Below, one piece after another: positions 27,603 through 37,711 of a DNA stretch of 64,000 bases (its first letter is position 1; each line of letters starts with the position of its first letter). The stretch comes from Longimicrobiales bacterium (GTDB lineage Bacteria > Gemmatimonadota > Gemmatimonadetes > Longimicrobiales > Gaopeijiaceae). The stretch spans positions 160,001-224,000 of the forward strand of contig OZ241892.1 in NCBI GenBank assembly GCA_965203485.1. Direction: 5' to 3'. The position numbers and the translations under genes are program-made. The notes below the pieces were generated by a model. That model saw only the letters and a program-made list of their open reading frames with translations, was not told the DNA's origin and did not search any database.

Positions 27603-28988
27603 ATGCCGAACGTGCACCACCAGAGTCGGCAGAGGCTGATGCGCGCGTCTCCGGCGGTCTTCTTGGCGATGGCCGAGGGCGGCGCCAGGGGCTTTTGGGC
27701 CTTTGGGGAGCGGTGGGTCGCCCACGCGGGCGTCGTGGACGACTTGGTGGTGCGTTGCGGGGACGGAAAGGGCAGTTCGGGCCGAGCGGCCGAGCGGGCG
27801 CGCTTCGGCATCGTCGAGCAGAGCTTGGGGAACGCGTTCGCCGGGAAGGGCGCAACGGAAGCCGTGCGCGCATTCGGGGGCTTTGCGTTCTCCGGGCGTC
27901 ACCGGGCCAGGGGGGCATGGGCCGCGTTCCCGAGCGCGCGGTTTCACGTGCCGGTCGTCGAGATGGAGTTTCGGGCCGGGGGGGAGGGAGCGTGGCTGGC
28001 TGCGCGCGACGCGGACCCGGAACGGGCGGCGGCGATTTCCAAGCGGTGGGCGGCGGCGGTGGAGGCGGCAACGGTGGGCGGCGGCGCGTGGGGCGGGCTG
28101 GAAGCGTCGGGAGCGCGCGCGGCGGGGCACATTGGGCTGGGGGAGGGCACGGAAAGGGCCGCGTGGGACGAGATGGTGGGCTCGGCGTTGCGGAGAATCC
28201 GGGCGGGCGAGGCCGAGAAGGTCGTGCTGGCCCGCAGCGTGGAAGCGGAGACCGAAGCGGCGGTCGGACCGGCGGGGCTGGCGTTGGCTCTGTGGCGGGA
28301 GAACCGGGGGAGCTACGTGTTCCTGTTCGAGCCGGAGCCGGGCCACGCCTTGGTCGGGGCGGCGCCGGAGACGATTGCGACGCTGAGTGGCCGCGCCTTT
28401 CGGGCGACGGCGGTCGCCGGAAGCGTGGGCGTGGGGACGGACTCGGTGGAGGCGGCGCGCTTGGGGCAGCGGTTGTTCAACAGCGCGAAGGACCGCGCCG
28501 AGCACGACTTCGTGGTGGACGACGTGGTGGCGCGCCTCGAGGCGCTGGGTTGCGACGTTCGCCGCGATGTTGAGCCGCACATCCTCGCGCTGGCTCACAT
28601 CCAGCACTTGGAGACGAAGATCGCCGCCGAAGCGGCGCCCGGACTGTCGTTGCTGGACGCGCTCGCGTCGCTGCATCCGACGCCGGCCGTCTGCGGGATT
28701 CCCCGCGAAGTGGCGCTGCGGGTCCTCATCGAGAGCGAGACGTTCGACCGGGGCTGGTACGCCGGGCCCGTGGGGTGGCTGGACTCGGAGGGCCGGGGAG
28801 TCTTCGTGCCTGCGCTCCGTTCGGCGGCGCTGTCGGCGGGGCGCTGGAGGCTGTTCGCGGGCGCGGGCATCGTGCCGGGGTCCGATCCGGCGTCGGAGTG
28901 GGAGGAGACGGAGATGAAGCTGCGTCCCGTTCTTCGGGCAATGGCTTCGGCCGCCCGGGGCGCGGACGCGGCGGCCGCCGTTCGGTGA
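27603..28988 (+). CDS. menF: Isochorismate synthase
   Basis: KVVLAR, GAAPE, KDRAEH, LHPTPAVCG, DRGWYAGPVGW, FAGAGIV; first gene of the men cluster; start uncertain (27504 possible). Confidence 0.88.
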   Translation: MPNVHHQSRQRLMRASPAVFLAMAEGGARGFWAFGERWVAHAGVVDDLVVRCGDGKGSSGRAAERARFGIVEQSLGNAFAGKGATEAVRAFGGFAFSGRHRARGAWAAFPSARFHVPVVEMEFRAGGEGAWLAARDADPERAAAISKRWAAAVEAATVGGGAWGGLEASGARAAGHIGLGEGTERAAWDEMVGSALRRIRAGEAEKVVLARSVEAETEAAVGPAGLALALWRENRGSYVFLFEPEPGHALVGAAPETIATLSGRAFRATAVAGSVGVGTDSVEAARLGQRLFNSAKDRAEHDFVVDDVVARLEALGCDVRRDVEPHILALAHIQHLETKIAAEAAPGLSLLDALASLHPTPAVCGIPREVALRVLIESETFDRGWYAGPVGWLDSEGRGVFVPALRSAALSAGRWRLFAGAGIVPGSDPASEWEETEMKLRPVLRAMASAARGADAAAAVR

Positions 28989-30871
28989 AGGCGGGCGAAC
29001 TCAACCTCGAGTGGGCGCGCCGGATCGTGGCGGCGCTGGTCGAATCTGGGCTGGCGGAGGCGGAGGTTGCGCCGGGTTCGCGGTCGGCGCCGCTCGTGCT
29101 GGCGATGGCGGGCTTCCCCGGATTGCGCGTGCGAGTGCACCTGGACGAGCGGTCGGCGGGCTTCTTCGCGCTGGGGTACGGACGACGGGCTCGGCGTCCG
29201 GCCGCGGTGGTGACCACGTCGGGCACGGCGGTGGCCAATTTGCTGCCGTCGGTCGTGGAGGCGGCGGCGGCGGATGTGCCGGTGATCCTCTTGACGGCCG
29301 ACCGCCCGCGCGAACTCCGCGGCGCGGACGCGAACCAGACGATCGACCAGGTGGGCATCTTCGGGCCGAGGCTGCGCTGGGAGGCTGACTTGCCGGCAGC
29401 GTCGGAGGCTGGTTTGGCCGCTGTCGGCGAAGCCGCCGGCACAGCCTTCGCGTACGCGACCGGACCGCCGGCGGGGCCGGTTCACTTGAACATCCCCTTC
29501 GAGAAGCCCTTGGAACCCGAATCGGTGGGATCGTGGAGACGCGGGCTGGAGTTGCGGAACGGGATCGAGGGTCGCCGCGACTTAGCCGTTGGCGGCCGCA
29601 TGGAGCGCGATCTCGGCGCGGTTGACGGCGGATGCGGCGCTCGTCGCCGCCTGGCGGTGGACCGGGACGGCTTGGACCCGGGGGGCTTCGGCGTAGCGGT
29701 CGAGGCGGCGGCGGAACTGGTGAGGGGCGAGCTCGCGGAGGCCCGCCGTCCCGTGCTCGTGGCCGGTCCGTCGCCGGACCCCGACGCGGAGGGACCGGCG
29801 TTGAGCGCTTTCTCGGCACGGCTCGGCGTCCCCTTGCTGGCTGACCCGCTGTCGGGCGCCCGCTTCGCCGCGGCCGGCGCCCGGGGGACTCCAAGGCTGA
29901 TTGGCGGCTACGACCACTTTCTGCGCGTGCCCGGGGTGTCGGACAGGCTGGCCCCGGATCTCGTGCTGCGCACCGGACGCACGCCCACCTCCGTCGTCCT
30001 GGAGGGCGCGCTGGCGGGCTGGAGGGCCGGACGGCAGGTCGTGATCGACGCGGGCAGCCTGCCGAAGGACCATCAGGGCTTGGCCGACGCCTATCTGCGC
30101 GCGCCCGCCGGGCCCGTGCTGGACCTGGTGGGGAGGTCGGAGAGTTGCGGGGGCCTCGCGCTGGACGACGGTTGGGCGCAGGAATGGAGCGGGGTCGAGG
30201 CGGCAGCGTGGGACGCCGTCGAAGACGGTCTCGCCGCCGACGCCGCCAACGAGGGCGCCTACGCCGCCGCGGTCCTGGCGAGCCTTCCCGCCGGCTCCAC
30301 CCTCTTCGTGTCGAGTTCGATGCCGGTGCGCGACGTGGACGCGTTCGGGCGCCCCGCGCCGCTGGGGATCCGCGTGCTGGGCAACCGGGGCGCGAGCGGC
30401 ATCGACGGGATCGTCTCCTCGGCGTTGGGTTGTGCGGCCGCCGGGGAGGAGCCGGTGGCGTGTCTCCTGGGCGACATGGCGCTGTACCACGACCTCAACG
30501 GCCTCCTGGCGGCTCGCGACCCGGAGCTCGGCGTAGTGTTCGTGGTGATCGACAACGACGGCGGGGGCATCTTCCACATGTTGCCGATCCGCGAGTTCGA
30601 GCCCGCGTTCACGCCATGCTTCGCCACGCCGCACGGCCTCGACTTCCAGCACGCGGCGAAGCTCCACGGCGTGGCCTTCGCGGAGGCGGACGGCCCGGCC
30701 CAGCTGGCGCAGGTCGTGAGGAGCGCGGCAGCTGGCCGGTCGACGCGGATCGTGCGGGTGCGGACCGAGGCAGACGCCAACCGGCGCAGGCACGAAGCGG
30801 TCCGTCGACGGGTGGCGCGAGCCCTGGCCGGATTCGGCGAGGGGGCGCCGCCCGCGGCTCCTCCGGCATGA
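28985..30871 (+). CDS. menD: SEPHCHC synthase
   Basis: PGSRSAPL, DERSAGFFALG, TTSGTAVANL, GNRGASGIDG, GDMALYHDLN, NDGGGIF; GTGA overlap with menF. Confidence 0.93.
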   Translation: MKAGELNLEWARRIVAALVESGLAEAEVAPGSRSAPLVLAMAGFPGLRVRVHLDERSAGFFALGYGRRARRPAAVVTTSGTAVANLLPSVVEAAAADVPVILLTADRPRELRGADANQTIDQVGIFGPRLRWEADLPAASEAGLAAVGEAAGTAFAYATGPPAGPVHLNIPFEKPLEPESVGSWRRGLELRNGIEGRRDLAVGGRMERDLGAVDGGCGARRRLAVDRDGLDPGGFGVAVEAAAELVRGELAEARRPVLVAGPSPDPDAEGPALSAFSARLGVPLLADPLSGARFAAAGARGTPRLIGGYDHFLRVPGVSDRLAPDLVLRTGRTPTSVVLEGALAGWRAGRQVVIDAGSLPKDHQGLADAYLRAPAGPVLDLVGRSESCGGLALDDGWAQEWSGVEAAAWDAVEDGLAADAANEGAYAAAVLASLPAGSTLFVSSSMPVRDVDAFGRPAPLGIRVLGNRGASGIDGIVSSALGCAAAGEEPVACLLGDMALYHDLNGLLAARDPELGVVFVVIDNDGGGIFHMLPIREFEPAFTPCFATPHGLDFQHAAKLHGVAFAEADGPAQLAQVVRSAAAGRSTRIVRVRTEADANRRRHEAVRRRVARALAGFGEGAPPAAPPA

Positions 30872-31010
30872 GGCCGCCTGCGCGGGAATGGGCGCGCCGC
30901 CGCCTTTGCCGGCCGCTTGCTCGCCGTCTCGGCGGGGCTAGGATTGAAATCGGCGCCGGGAGCCCCGGACCGCTCCAAGCCTCTCCCAACAGCCCCTACG
31001 GAATCCGCCC

Positions 31011-31850
31011 ATGAGCGCCACAGCTTGGCAGACGGCCAAGGACTACCAGGACATCACCTACAAGAAGCGCGACGGCGTGGCGCGCATTGCGATCAACCGG
31101 CCCGAGGTGCGAAACGCCTTTCGCCCGGAGACGCTGTTCGAGCTGCTCGACGCGTTCCACGACGCGCAGGACGACTCGGCGGTCGGCGTCGTGCTGCTGA
31201 CGGGCGAGGGGCCGGCCGGGGACGGGAAGTACGCGTTCTGCTCGGGCGGAGACCAGCGCGTGCGCGGCGACGCGGGCTACGTGGGCGGCGACGGCGTGCC
31301 GCGCCTCAACGTGCTGGTCCTGCAGCGCCTGATCCGCTCGATGCCGAAGCCGGTGATCGCGCTCGTGGCGGGGTACGCCATCGGCGGCGGCCACGTGCTT
31401 CACGTCGTCTGCGACCTCACCATCGCGGCGGACAACGCGGTGTTCGGCCAGACGGGGCCGAAGGTGGGCAGCTTCGACGGCGGGTTCGGGTCGTCGTACT
31501 TGGCGCGCATCGTCGGCCAGAAGAAAGCGCGCGAGATATGGTATCTGTGCCGCCAGTACGGCGCCGAGGAGGCGCGGGCGATGGGACTCGTCAACGCCGT
31601 CGTGCCGGTGGAACGCCTCGAGGAGGAAGGCTTCGAGTGGGCGCAGCGCATCCTCGAGCACAGTCCGCTCGCGATTCGGCTGCTCAAGTCGGCCTTCAAC
31701 GCCGACGTGGACGGCCAGGCGGGACTCCAAGAGCTCGCCGGCAACGCCACGCTTCTGTTCTACATGACCGAGCAGGGACAGGAAGGCCGGGACGCCTACC
31801 TGCAGAAGCGCAAGCCCGACTTCCGCAAGTATCCGTGGTTGCCGTGGTAG
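31011..31850 (+). CDS. menB: 1,4-dihydroxy-2-naphthoyl-CoA synthase
   Basis: [38 protein letters not shown]. Confidence 0.96.
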   Translation: MSATAWQTAKDYQDITYKKRDGVARIAINRPEVRNAFRPETLFELLDAFHDAQDDSAVGVVLLTGEGPAGDGKYAFCSGGDQRVRGDAGYVGGDGVPRLNVLVLQRLIRSMPKPVIALVAGYAIGGGHVLHVVCDLTIAADNAVFGQTGPKVGSFDGGFGSSYLARIVGQKKAREIWYLCRQYGAEEARAMGLVNAVVPVERLEEEGFEWAQRILEHSPLAIRLLKSAFNADVDGQAGLQELAGNATLLFYMTEQGQEGRDAYLQKRKPDFRKYPWLPW

Positions 31851-31899
31851 CCTGGACGGGCAGGGGCTTGGGTCCGGTTGGCGCCGGGCGGCGTCCGGC

Positions 31900-32892
31900 A
31901 TGGTAGCGGAAGTCCGGCGGGCATACGGCCTTCGCCGCCCCGGCGGGGCCGGATTGGGGCGGTGGCGCGCGTGGGCGCTGGCGGCCCGGCCCCGCACGCT
32001 GTCGGCCGCGGCGGCTCCGGTAGTTGCCGGTTGCGGCATCGCCGTGGCCGACGGGGCGTTCGCGCGCGGGCCCGCGCTGGCTGCGCTCGTGGGCGCGTTG
32101 CTCGTGCAGGTCGCGACCAACTTCGCCAACGACTACTACGACTTCGTGAAGGGATGCGACACCGAGGACCGGATCGGCCCGGTGCGCGCCGCGCAGGCCG
32201 GGTTGCTGGCGCCGGCGGCCGTCAAGCGCGGAATCTTCGTGGCGATGGCTTTGGCGGCGATGGCCGGCGCGTACTTGGCGGTGGTGGCGGGGTGGCCGGT
32301 CGTCGTGATCGGAGCCGCGTCGCTGGTCTGCGCCGTGGCCTACACGGGCGGCCCGTTCCCGTTGGCGTACCACGGTCTGGGCGACGTGTTCGTGTTCGTG
32401 TTCTTCGGGCCGGTGGCGGTGGCGGGGGCATACTACGTGCAGGCGTTGTCGTGGTCGCCGGACGCGCTTCTGGCGGGTGTGGGAGTGGGTGCTTTCAGCA
32501 CGGCGATTCTCGTCGCCAACAACGTGCGCGACCGCGAGACGGACGCCGCTGCGGGCAAGCGGACGCTGGCGGTCCGCCTGGGCGACAAGGTCGCGGCGGC
32601 GGAGTACGCGGCGTGCCTGGGCGTGGCGGCGGCGGTTCCGGCGGCGGGCTGGGCGTGGGCGGGCTGGCCGGCGTGGTCGCTGGCGGGAGCGGCCGGCGTG
32701 GTCGCTTGCCTGCCCGCGGCCGCCGTAGTGCTGCGGTTCGCGGGAGGGCAGGCTGGGAAGGGCGGACCGGGAAGGGCGGACGGAGACGGCGCCGACCGGC
32801 GGGCGCTGGCGCCGGTGCTCGGCCGCACTGCGCGGGGGGTGGCGATGTACGGCGTGGGACTGGCGGCCGGTTTCGTCGCGGGGACCAGCTGA
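31900..32892 (+). CDS. menA: DHNA polyprenyltransferase
   Basis: [47 protein letters not shown]. Confidence 0.93.
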   Translation: MVAEVRRAYGLRRPGGAGLGRWRAWALAARPRTLSAAAAPVVAGCGIAVADGAFARGPALAALVGALLVQVATNFANDYYDFVKGCDTEDRIGPVRAAQAGLLAPAAVKRGIFVAMALAAMAGAYLAVVAGWPVVVIGAASLVCAVAYTGGPFPLAYHGLGDVFVFVFFGPVAVAGAYYVQALSWSPDALLAGVGVGAFSTAILVANNVRDRETDAAAGKRTLAVRLGDKVAAAEYAACLGVAAAVPAAGWAWAGWPAWSLAGAAGVVACLPAAAVVLRFAGGQAGKGGPGRADGDGADRRALAPVLGRTARGVAMYGVGLAAGFVAGTS

Positions 32893-32909
32893 GGGAGGGG
32901 GACTCGCGG

Positions 32910-34502
32910 GTGGCGCGCGCGGGGTCGGCGGGAAGGCTCGGGCGACGGACGCCTTCGCGTTCCGGCCTCGGTGCGCTGTTCGGCGACGGCGACCAGCTTC
33001 GGGCTGCCGCGGAGGAGGATCCCGGCGGGCCCGCGCTCGCGTGGGACGGCGGACGCTGGACCTGGCGGGAGCTGGACGCGGCGGCCGCCGCGGCGGCCGA
33101 GCGGTGCCGGAGCGCGGGCGCGCGGCCCGGGACCGTAGGCGCGATTCACTTGCCTGCGGGCCCGGACGCGGCCGCGGCCGTCTTCGGCCTGTGGCGGGCG
33201 GGCCTTGTTGCGTCGCCCATGCACGAGCGGCTCTCCGAGACGGAACTGGACTACGCCGCGCGGCTCGTGCGCCCGGCCCTTCGCCTCTTGCCGGGCGCCG
33301 AGGGCGCTCCCCCGGCGCTTCGGGGTCCGGCCGCCCAGGCGCGCGCGCCGCTGCACCTCGGGCGCTTCCCCGGCGTCGCGGTCCTGCTGCTCACGTCGGG
33401 CACGTCGGGCGGGCCGAGGGCCGTGGGGCTTTCGCGCGCCGCGTTCGCCGCCAGCGCGGCGGCGGCGGCCCGGCGGCTGTCGCTCGGCAGGGGCGACCGC
33501 TGGGGCCTCTGTCTGTCGCTGGCCCACGTCGGGGGCTTGGCCCTCCTTCTCCGCGCGGTCGCCCTCCGCTGCTCCGTGCGGTCCTGGGTCCGCTTCGACG
33601 CCGGCGCGGTGGCGGACGCCATGGCGGCGGGCGAGCTGACGCACGTTTCCTTGGTGCCCGTCATGCTGAAGCGCGTGCTGGAGCAGCTGGGGGGGCGCGC
33701 GCCGCCGGCCAGCCTCCGGTGCGTGCTGGTCGGGGGCGGCGCGTTGTCTCCCGCCTTGCTTGCGCGGGCCGCCGCCGCTGGACTGCCCGTCGCTCCGACT
33801 TGGGGCATGACCGAGACCGCGTCGCAGGCGGCCACGGCCCCGCCCGCCCTGGCGCGCCGGGCGCCCGGCACGGTGGGGCGACCGCTTGCGGGCCTTGAGG
33901 CGCGGGCCGGCCGCGCAACGGGCGTCCGCTTGGGAGGCGGGCGCCGGGATGCGCGGCGGGGCGTCGCAGGCCCGGCGCGCCGGGACGGCCCTGCGCGCGT
34001 CCTCTGCGTGCGTGGTCCAACCCTCGCGTCGGCCGTGGTCGGGCGGCCCGGCGGCGAGCCCGAGCCTCTGCCCGTCGACGCAGACGGCTGGTACCACACG
34101 CCCGACGCGGGCCGCATCGACGAAGACGGTTGCGTGTGGGTGCAGGGAAGGGCCGACGACGCGATCGTCACGGGGGGCGCCACGGTTGCTCCAGCCGAAG
34201 TGGAGCGAGTCATCGAGGGGATGCCCGGCGTGTTGGAGGCCGTGGTGTTCGGCGTGCCGGACGGCGAGTGGGGCCAGCGAGTGGAGGCCGTCGTCGAGGC
34301 GGAGGGCGGCGCGGTGCGCGAGGCCGACGTGGACCGCCATTGCCGCGCCCGGCTTTCCCGGGCCCGTTGCCCGTCGAGAATAAGCATCGTCGACTCGCTC
34401 CCGCGCACTCCGACCGGCAAGGCCGACCGGGCCGCGATCGCTCGAGACCGCGGCGGCGCCCGCCGCCGTGCGCGGACGTCCGTCCCGGCGAGTCCGGAAT
34501 AA
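32910..34502 (+). CDS. menE: o-succinylbenzoate-CoA ligase (AMP-binding enzyme)
   Basis: TSGTSGGPR, HVGGL, SLVP, WGMTETASQ, GRADDAIVTGG, LPRTPTGK; lies in the men cluster; GGAGG RBS before GTG 32910. Confidence 0.85.
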   Translation: MARAGSAGRLGRRTPSRSGLGALFGDGDQLRAAAEEDPGGPALAWDGGRWTWRELDAAAAAAAERCRSAGARPGTVGAIHLPAGPDAAAAVFGLWRAGLVASPMHERLSETELDYAARLVRPALRLLPGAEGAPPALRGPAAQARAPLHLGRFPGVAVLLLTSGTSGGPRAVGLSRAAFAASAAAAARRLSLGRGDRWGLCLSLAHVGGLALLLRAVALRCSVRSWVRFDAGAVADAMAAGELTHVSLVPVMLKRVLEQLGGRAPPASLRCVLVGGGALSPALLARAAAAGLPVAPTWGMTETASQAATAPPALARRAPGTVGRPLAGLEARAGRATGVRLGGGRRDARRGVAGPARRDGPARVLCVRGPTLASAVVGRPGGEPEPLPVDADGWYHTPDAGRIDEDGCVWVQGRADDAIVTGGATVAPAEVERVIEGMPGVLEAVVFGVPDGEWGQRVEAVVEAEGGAVREADVDRHCRARLSRARCPSRISIVDSLPRTPTGKADRAAIARDRGGARRRARTSVPASPE

Positions 34503-34611
34503 GGCCGGCCAAGCAGGAACTGGTTCGGCCGCCTCTTGGACCGGTGCCCCCGCGGAGAAGCGGTGCGGTCCCGCGGCCGGCGATGCGCGGGGCCGCGTTA
34601 GCTTCGACCCC

Positions 34612-35883
34612 ATGATCGAGGAACTCCGCTGGCGGGGCTTGCTCGCCGACGCCACCGAGCATGCCGCGCGGGCTCTGGCGCAGGGCCGGATCTCCGGCTA
34701 CGTCGGCTTCGATCCGACGGCGCCGTCTCTCCACGTGGGCTCTCTGGTCCCGATCATGGGCCTCGTCCACCTGCAACGGGCGGGCCACACGCCCATCGCG
34801 CTGGTCGGCGGCGGCACGGGGCTGGTCGGCGACCCGTCCGGAAAGAGCAGCGAGCGCCCGTTGCTGGACCGCGCCGAGATGGAGGCCAACGCCGAAGCGC
34901 TGCGCAAGCAGCTGGCTTGGTTCTTGGACTTCGAAGCGAGCGACAACGCGGCGCGGATGGCGAACAACATCGATTGGCTGGACGGACTCAAGCTGGTGGA
35001 CTTCCTGCGCGACGTGGGCAAGCACTTCTCGGTCAACGCGATGTTGCGCAAGGACTCCGTGAAGCGCCGCCTCGAGGACGAAGAAGCGGGGATATCGTTC
35101 ACCGAGTTCAGCTACCAGCTGCTTCAGGCCTACGACTTCCTCGAGCTCTCCAAGCGCTTCGGATGCACGTTGCAGATGGGCGGCTCCGACCAGTGGGGCA
35201 ACATCACCGCCGGCATCGACTTGGTCCGCCGCATGGGCGGGCCGCAGTGCCACGGCGTGGTCTTTCCGCTGCTCGAGACGGCACGCGGCGCGAAGTTCGG
35301 CAAGTCGGAAGCCGGCGAAGCCGTCTGGCTCGACCCGGACCGCACTTCTCCCTACCGCTTCTACCAGTTCTGGCTCAACGTCGGCGACGCCGACGTGATT
35401 CGTTGCCTGAAGTTCTTCACGTTGCTGGGACGCGACGAAGTGGGAGAACTGGACAAGGCCGCGCGCGCGGCTCCGCAGCGGCGCGAAGCGCAGAAGCGGC
35501 TGGCCGCCGAAGTCACGCGAACCGTTCACGGCCAGACGGGACTCGATGCCGCAGTTGGGGCGTCGCGCGTGCTGTTCGGCGGCGACCCCAAGGGCCTGTC
35601 GGCTTCCGAGATCGAGGAGGTATTCGCCGACGTGCCGTCCACCGCGTTGCCGCGAGACCGCCTCGAGGGCGCCGGCGTCGGCCTCGTCGCCGTGATGACC
35701 GAGTCCGCCGTGGTTCCGTCGCGAAGCGAGGCGCGCCGCCTGTTGCGCGCCGGAGGCGTATACGTGAACGGCGACCGCGTTTCGGCGCCCGAAGCCGTCC
35801 TGTCGGCGGCCGACTTGCTGGACGGTCGCTTCGTGGTCGTGCGCCTTGGCAAGAAGCGGTACTTCGTGGTGGACGCCAAGTAG
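34612..35883 (+). CDS. tyrS: Tyrosine-tRNA ligase
   Basis: [29 protein letters not shown]-terminal S4 domain. Confidence 0.96.
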   Translation: MIEELRWRGLLADATEHAARALAQGRISGYVGFDPTAPSLHVGSLVPIMGLVHLQRAGHTPIALVGGGTGLVGDPSGKSSERPLLDRAEMEANAEALRKQLAWFLDFEASDNAARMANNIDWLDGLKLVDFLRDVGKHFSVNAMLRKDSVKRRLEDEEAGISFTEFSYQLLQAYDFLELSKRFGCTLQMGGSDQWGNITAGIDLVRRMGGPQCHGVVFPLLETARGAKFGKSEAGEAVWLDPDRTSPYRFYQFWLNVGDADVIRCLKFFTLLGRDEVGELDKAARAAPQRREAQKRLAAEVTRTVHGQTGLDAAVGASRVLFGGDPKGLSASEIEEVFADVPSTALPRDRLEGAGVGLVAVMTESAVVPSRSEARRLLRAGGVYVNGDRVSAPEAVLSAADLLDGRFVVVRLGKKRYFVVDAK

Positions 35884-35956
35884 GCCGCGCCTGCGGGCGC
35901 CTCCACCGTTCCTCGGGGCGGGCGCCGGGCTCTCGCGACGCGTCGCTCCCTCCGGC

Positions 35957-35985
35957 TTGACAATGGCGGCCCGGAGCCGCAGGCT
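35957..35985 (+). promoter_or_regulatory. Sigma70 promoter TTGACA-N17-CAGGCT, probably giving a leaderless purE mRNA
   Basis: Consensus -35 with 17-bp spacer; the -10 ends 7 nt before ATG 35993; no SD sequence. Confidence 0.55.
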
Positions 35986-35992
35986 GCGCACG

Positions 35993-36496
35993 ATGAGCAG
36001 GCCAACGGTGGGAGTCGTCATGGGCTCCCGAAGCGACTGGAAGACGATGGAACCCGCGGCGGCGACGCTGGACGCGGTCGGGGTTCCGCACGAGGTGCGG
36101 GTCGTGTCGGCGCACCGGACGCCGGACCTGCTCCACGAATACGCGTCGTCGGCCGAGGCACGGGGCTTGCGCGTGATCGTCGCCGGAGCCGGCGGCGCGG
36201 CGCACCTGCCGGGCATGATCGCGTCCATGACGGTGTTGCCGGTCTTGGGCGTGCCGGTGCAGTCGAAGGCGCTGCGGGGACTCGACTCGCTCCTGTCGAT
36301 CGCGCAGATGCCCGGCGGCGTTCCCGTCGGGACGCTGGCGATCGGCGTCGCGGGAGCGGTCAACGCGGCGTTGCTCGCCGCGCGCATCCTGGGCCTGGAC
36401 GACGCCGAAGTCCGCGAAGCCGTCCGAGCCCACGCGCGTGCGCGGGCCGAGGAGGTCCTCGCCGGGCCGGACCCGCGGCGGCCCGCAAGGCGGTGA
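35993..36496 (+). CDS. purE: N5-CAIR mutase
   Basis: [34 protein letters not shown]. Confidence 0.96.
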   Translation: MSRPTVGVVMGSRSDWKTMEPAAATLDAVGVPHEVRVVSAHRTPDLLHEYASSAEARGLRVIVAGAGGAAHLPGMIASMTVLPVLGVPVQSKALRGLDSLLSIAQMPGGVPVGTLAIGVAGAVNAALLAARILGLDDAEVREAVRAHARARAEEVLAGPDPRRPARR

Positions 36497-36508
36497 AGGG
36501 GCCGCGCC

Positions 36509-37651
36509 GTGACGATCGGGGTCCTCGGCGGCGGGCAGCTGGCGCGGATGCTTGCCTTGGCCGGCGTTCCGCTCGGGCAGCGGTTCGTTTTCCTGGAGCC
36601 GTCCGCCGACCCTCCCGCGGGCGCGTTGGGGAGCGTGGTGCGCGGCGCCTACGACGACCCCGCCTCGCTGAACCGCGTAGCCGCGGCCGCCGACGTCGTC
36701 ACGTTCGAGTTCGAGTCGGTGCCCGCCGAAGCCGTCCGCGCCCTGGCGGCGAAGATCCCGGTCCGACCTTCTCCGGACGCGCTTGCGGCGGCGCAGGACC
36801 GCTTGGCGGAGAAGCGCCTGTTCCGGGAACTCGGCATCGCCACGCCCCGCTTTCGGGCGGTGAATCCGGGCGACGGCATGGAGGATGCGCTGGCGGCGAC
36901 CGGCCTGCCGGCCGTGGTGAAGACGCGCCGGGGCGGTTACGACGGCAAGGGCCAAGCCGTGGTGCGCTCGCGGGACGAGGCCGCGGTGGCGGCGCAGGCG
37001 CTCGGCGACGGGCTGATCGTCGAGTCGTTCGTCGCCTTCGAGCGCGAGCTGAGCATCGTGGCGGCAAGGGGCGTGGACGGCGCCTCCGTCTTCTATCCGT
37101 TGACCGAGAACCACCATCGCGAAGGCATCCTCCGAGCCAGCTACGCTCCGGCGCCGAACACGCAGCCGCGCCTCCAGGCCGAGGCCGAGGCGCTGGCGGG
37201 CAGGATATTGGAGCGCTTCGACTACGTCGGGACGCTCGCGGTGGAGCTGTTCGAGAGCGGGGGACGCCTGCTGGCCAACGAGATGGCCCCGCGCGTCCAC
37301 AACTCAGGGCACTGGACGCTGGACGGCGCCGCCGCGAGCCAGTTCGAGAACCACGTCCGCGCCGTGGCGGGACTCGCGTTGGCTCCGGCGGCCCCGCGCG
37401 GCCCCTCCGCGATGCTCAACGTCGTGGGCGAACTGCCGTCCCTGCCGGCGCTGGCCGCCGTGCAGGATGCGCGCGTGCACCTCTACGACAAGACTCCCCG
37501 GCCCGGGAGGAAGCTCGGCCACGTGAACGTGACGGGGACGAACGCCGCCGCGGCGGCCGTCGCCGCCGAACAGGTGTGGCGCTTGTTGCCGGGCGCGGGG
37601 CCGTTGCCGGGTCCGTCCGTCGCGCGACCGCAGCGCGCCGTCGCAGTCTGA
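36509..37651 (+). CDS. purK: N5-CAIR synthase (ATP-grasp)
   Basis: GGGQLARM, GYDGKGQ, NEMAPRVHNSGHWT, RKLGHV. Confidence 0.96.
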   Translation: MTIGVLGGGQLARMLALAGVPLGQRFVFLEPSADPPAGALGSVVRGAYDDPASLNRVAAAADVVTFEFESVPAEAVRALAAKIPVRPSPDALAAAQDRLAEKRLFRELGIATPRFRAVNPGDGMEDALAATGLPAVVKTRRGGYDGKGQAVVRSRDEAAVAAQALGDGLIVESFVAFERELSIVAARGVDGASVFYPLTENHHREGILRASYAPAPNTQPRLQAEAEALAGRILERFDYVGTLAVELFESGGRLLANEMAPRVHNSGHWTLDGAAASQFENHVRAVAGLALAPAAPRGPSAMLNVVGELPSLPALAAVQDARVHLYDKTPRPGRKLGHVNVTGTNAAAAAVAAEQVWRLLPGAGPLPGPSVARPQRAVAV

Positions 37652-37711
37652 CGAGGCCGTGCAGCCGGCGTGGCCCCGGAACAAGCGCTGTGGCCCCCCG
37701 GGGTCAGCGGG

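Noticed and set aside
31878..32909. Apparent N-terminal fusion on MenE (possible MenC-MenE)
   Set aside because: It is an alternative frame of menA with Arg/Gly-rich nonsense composition and no enolase motifs.
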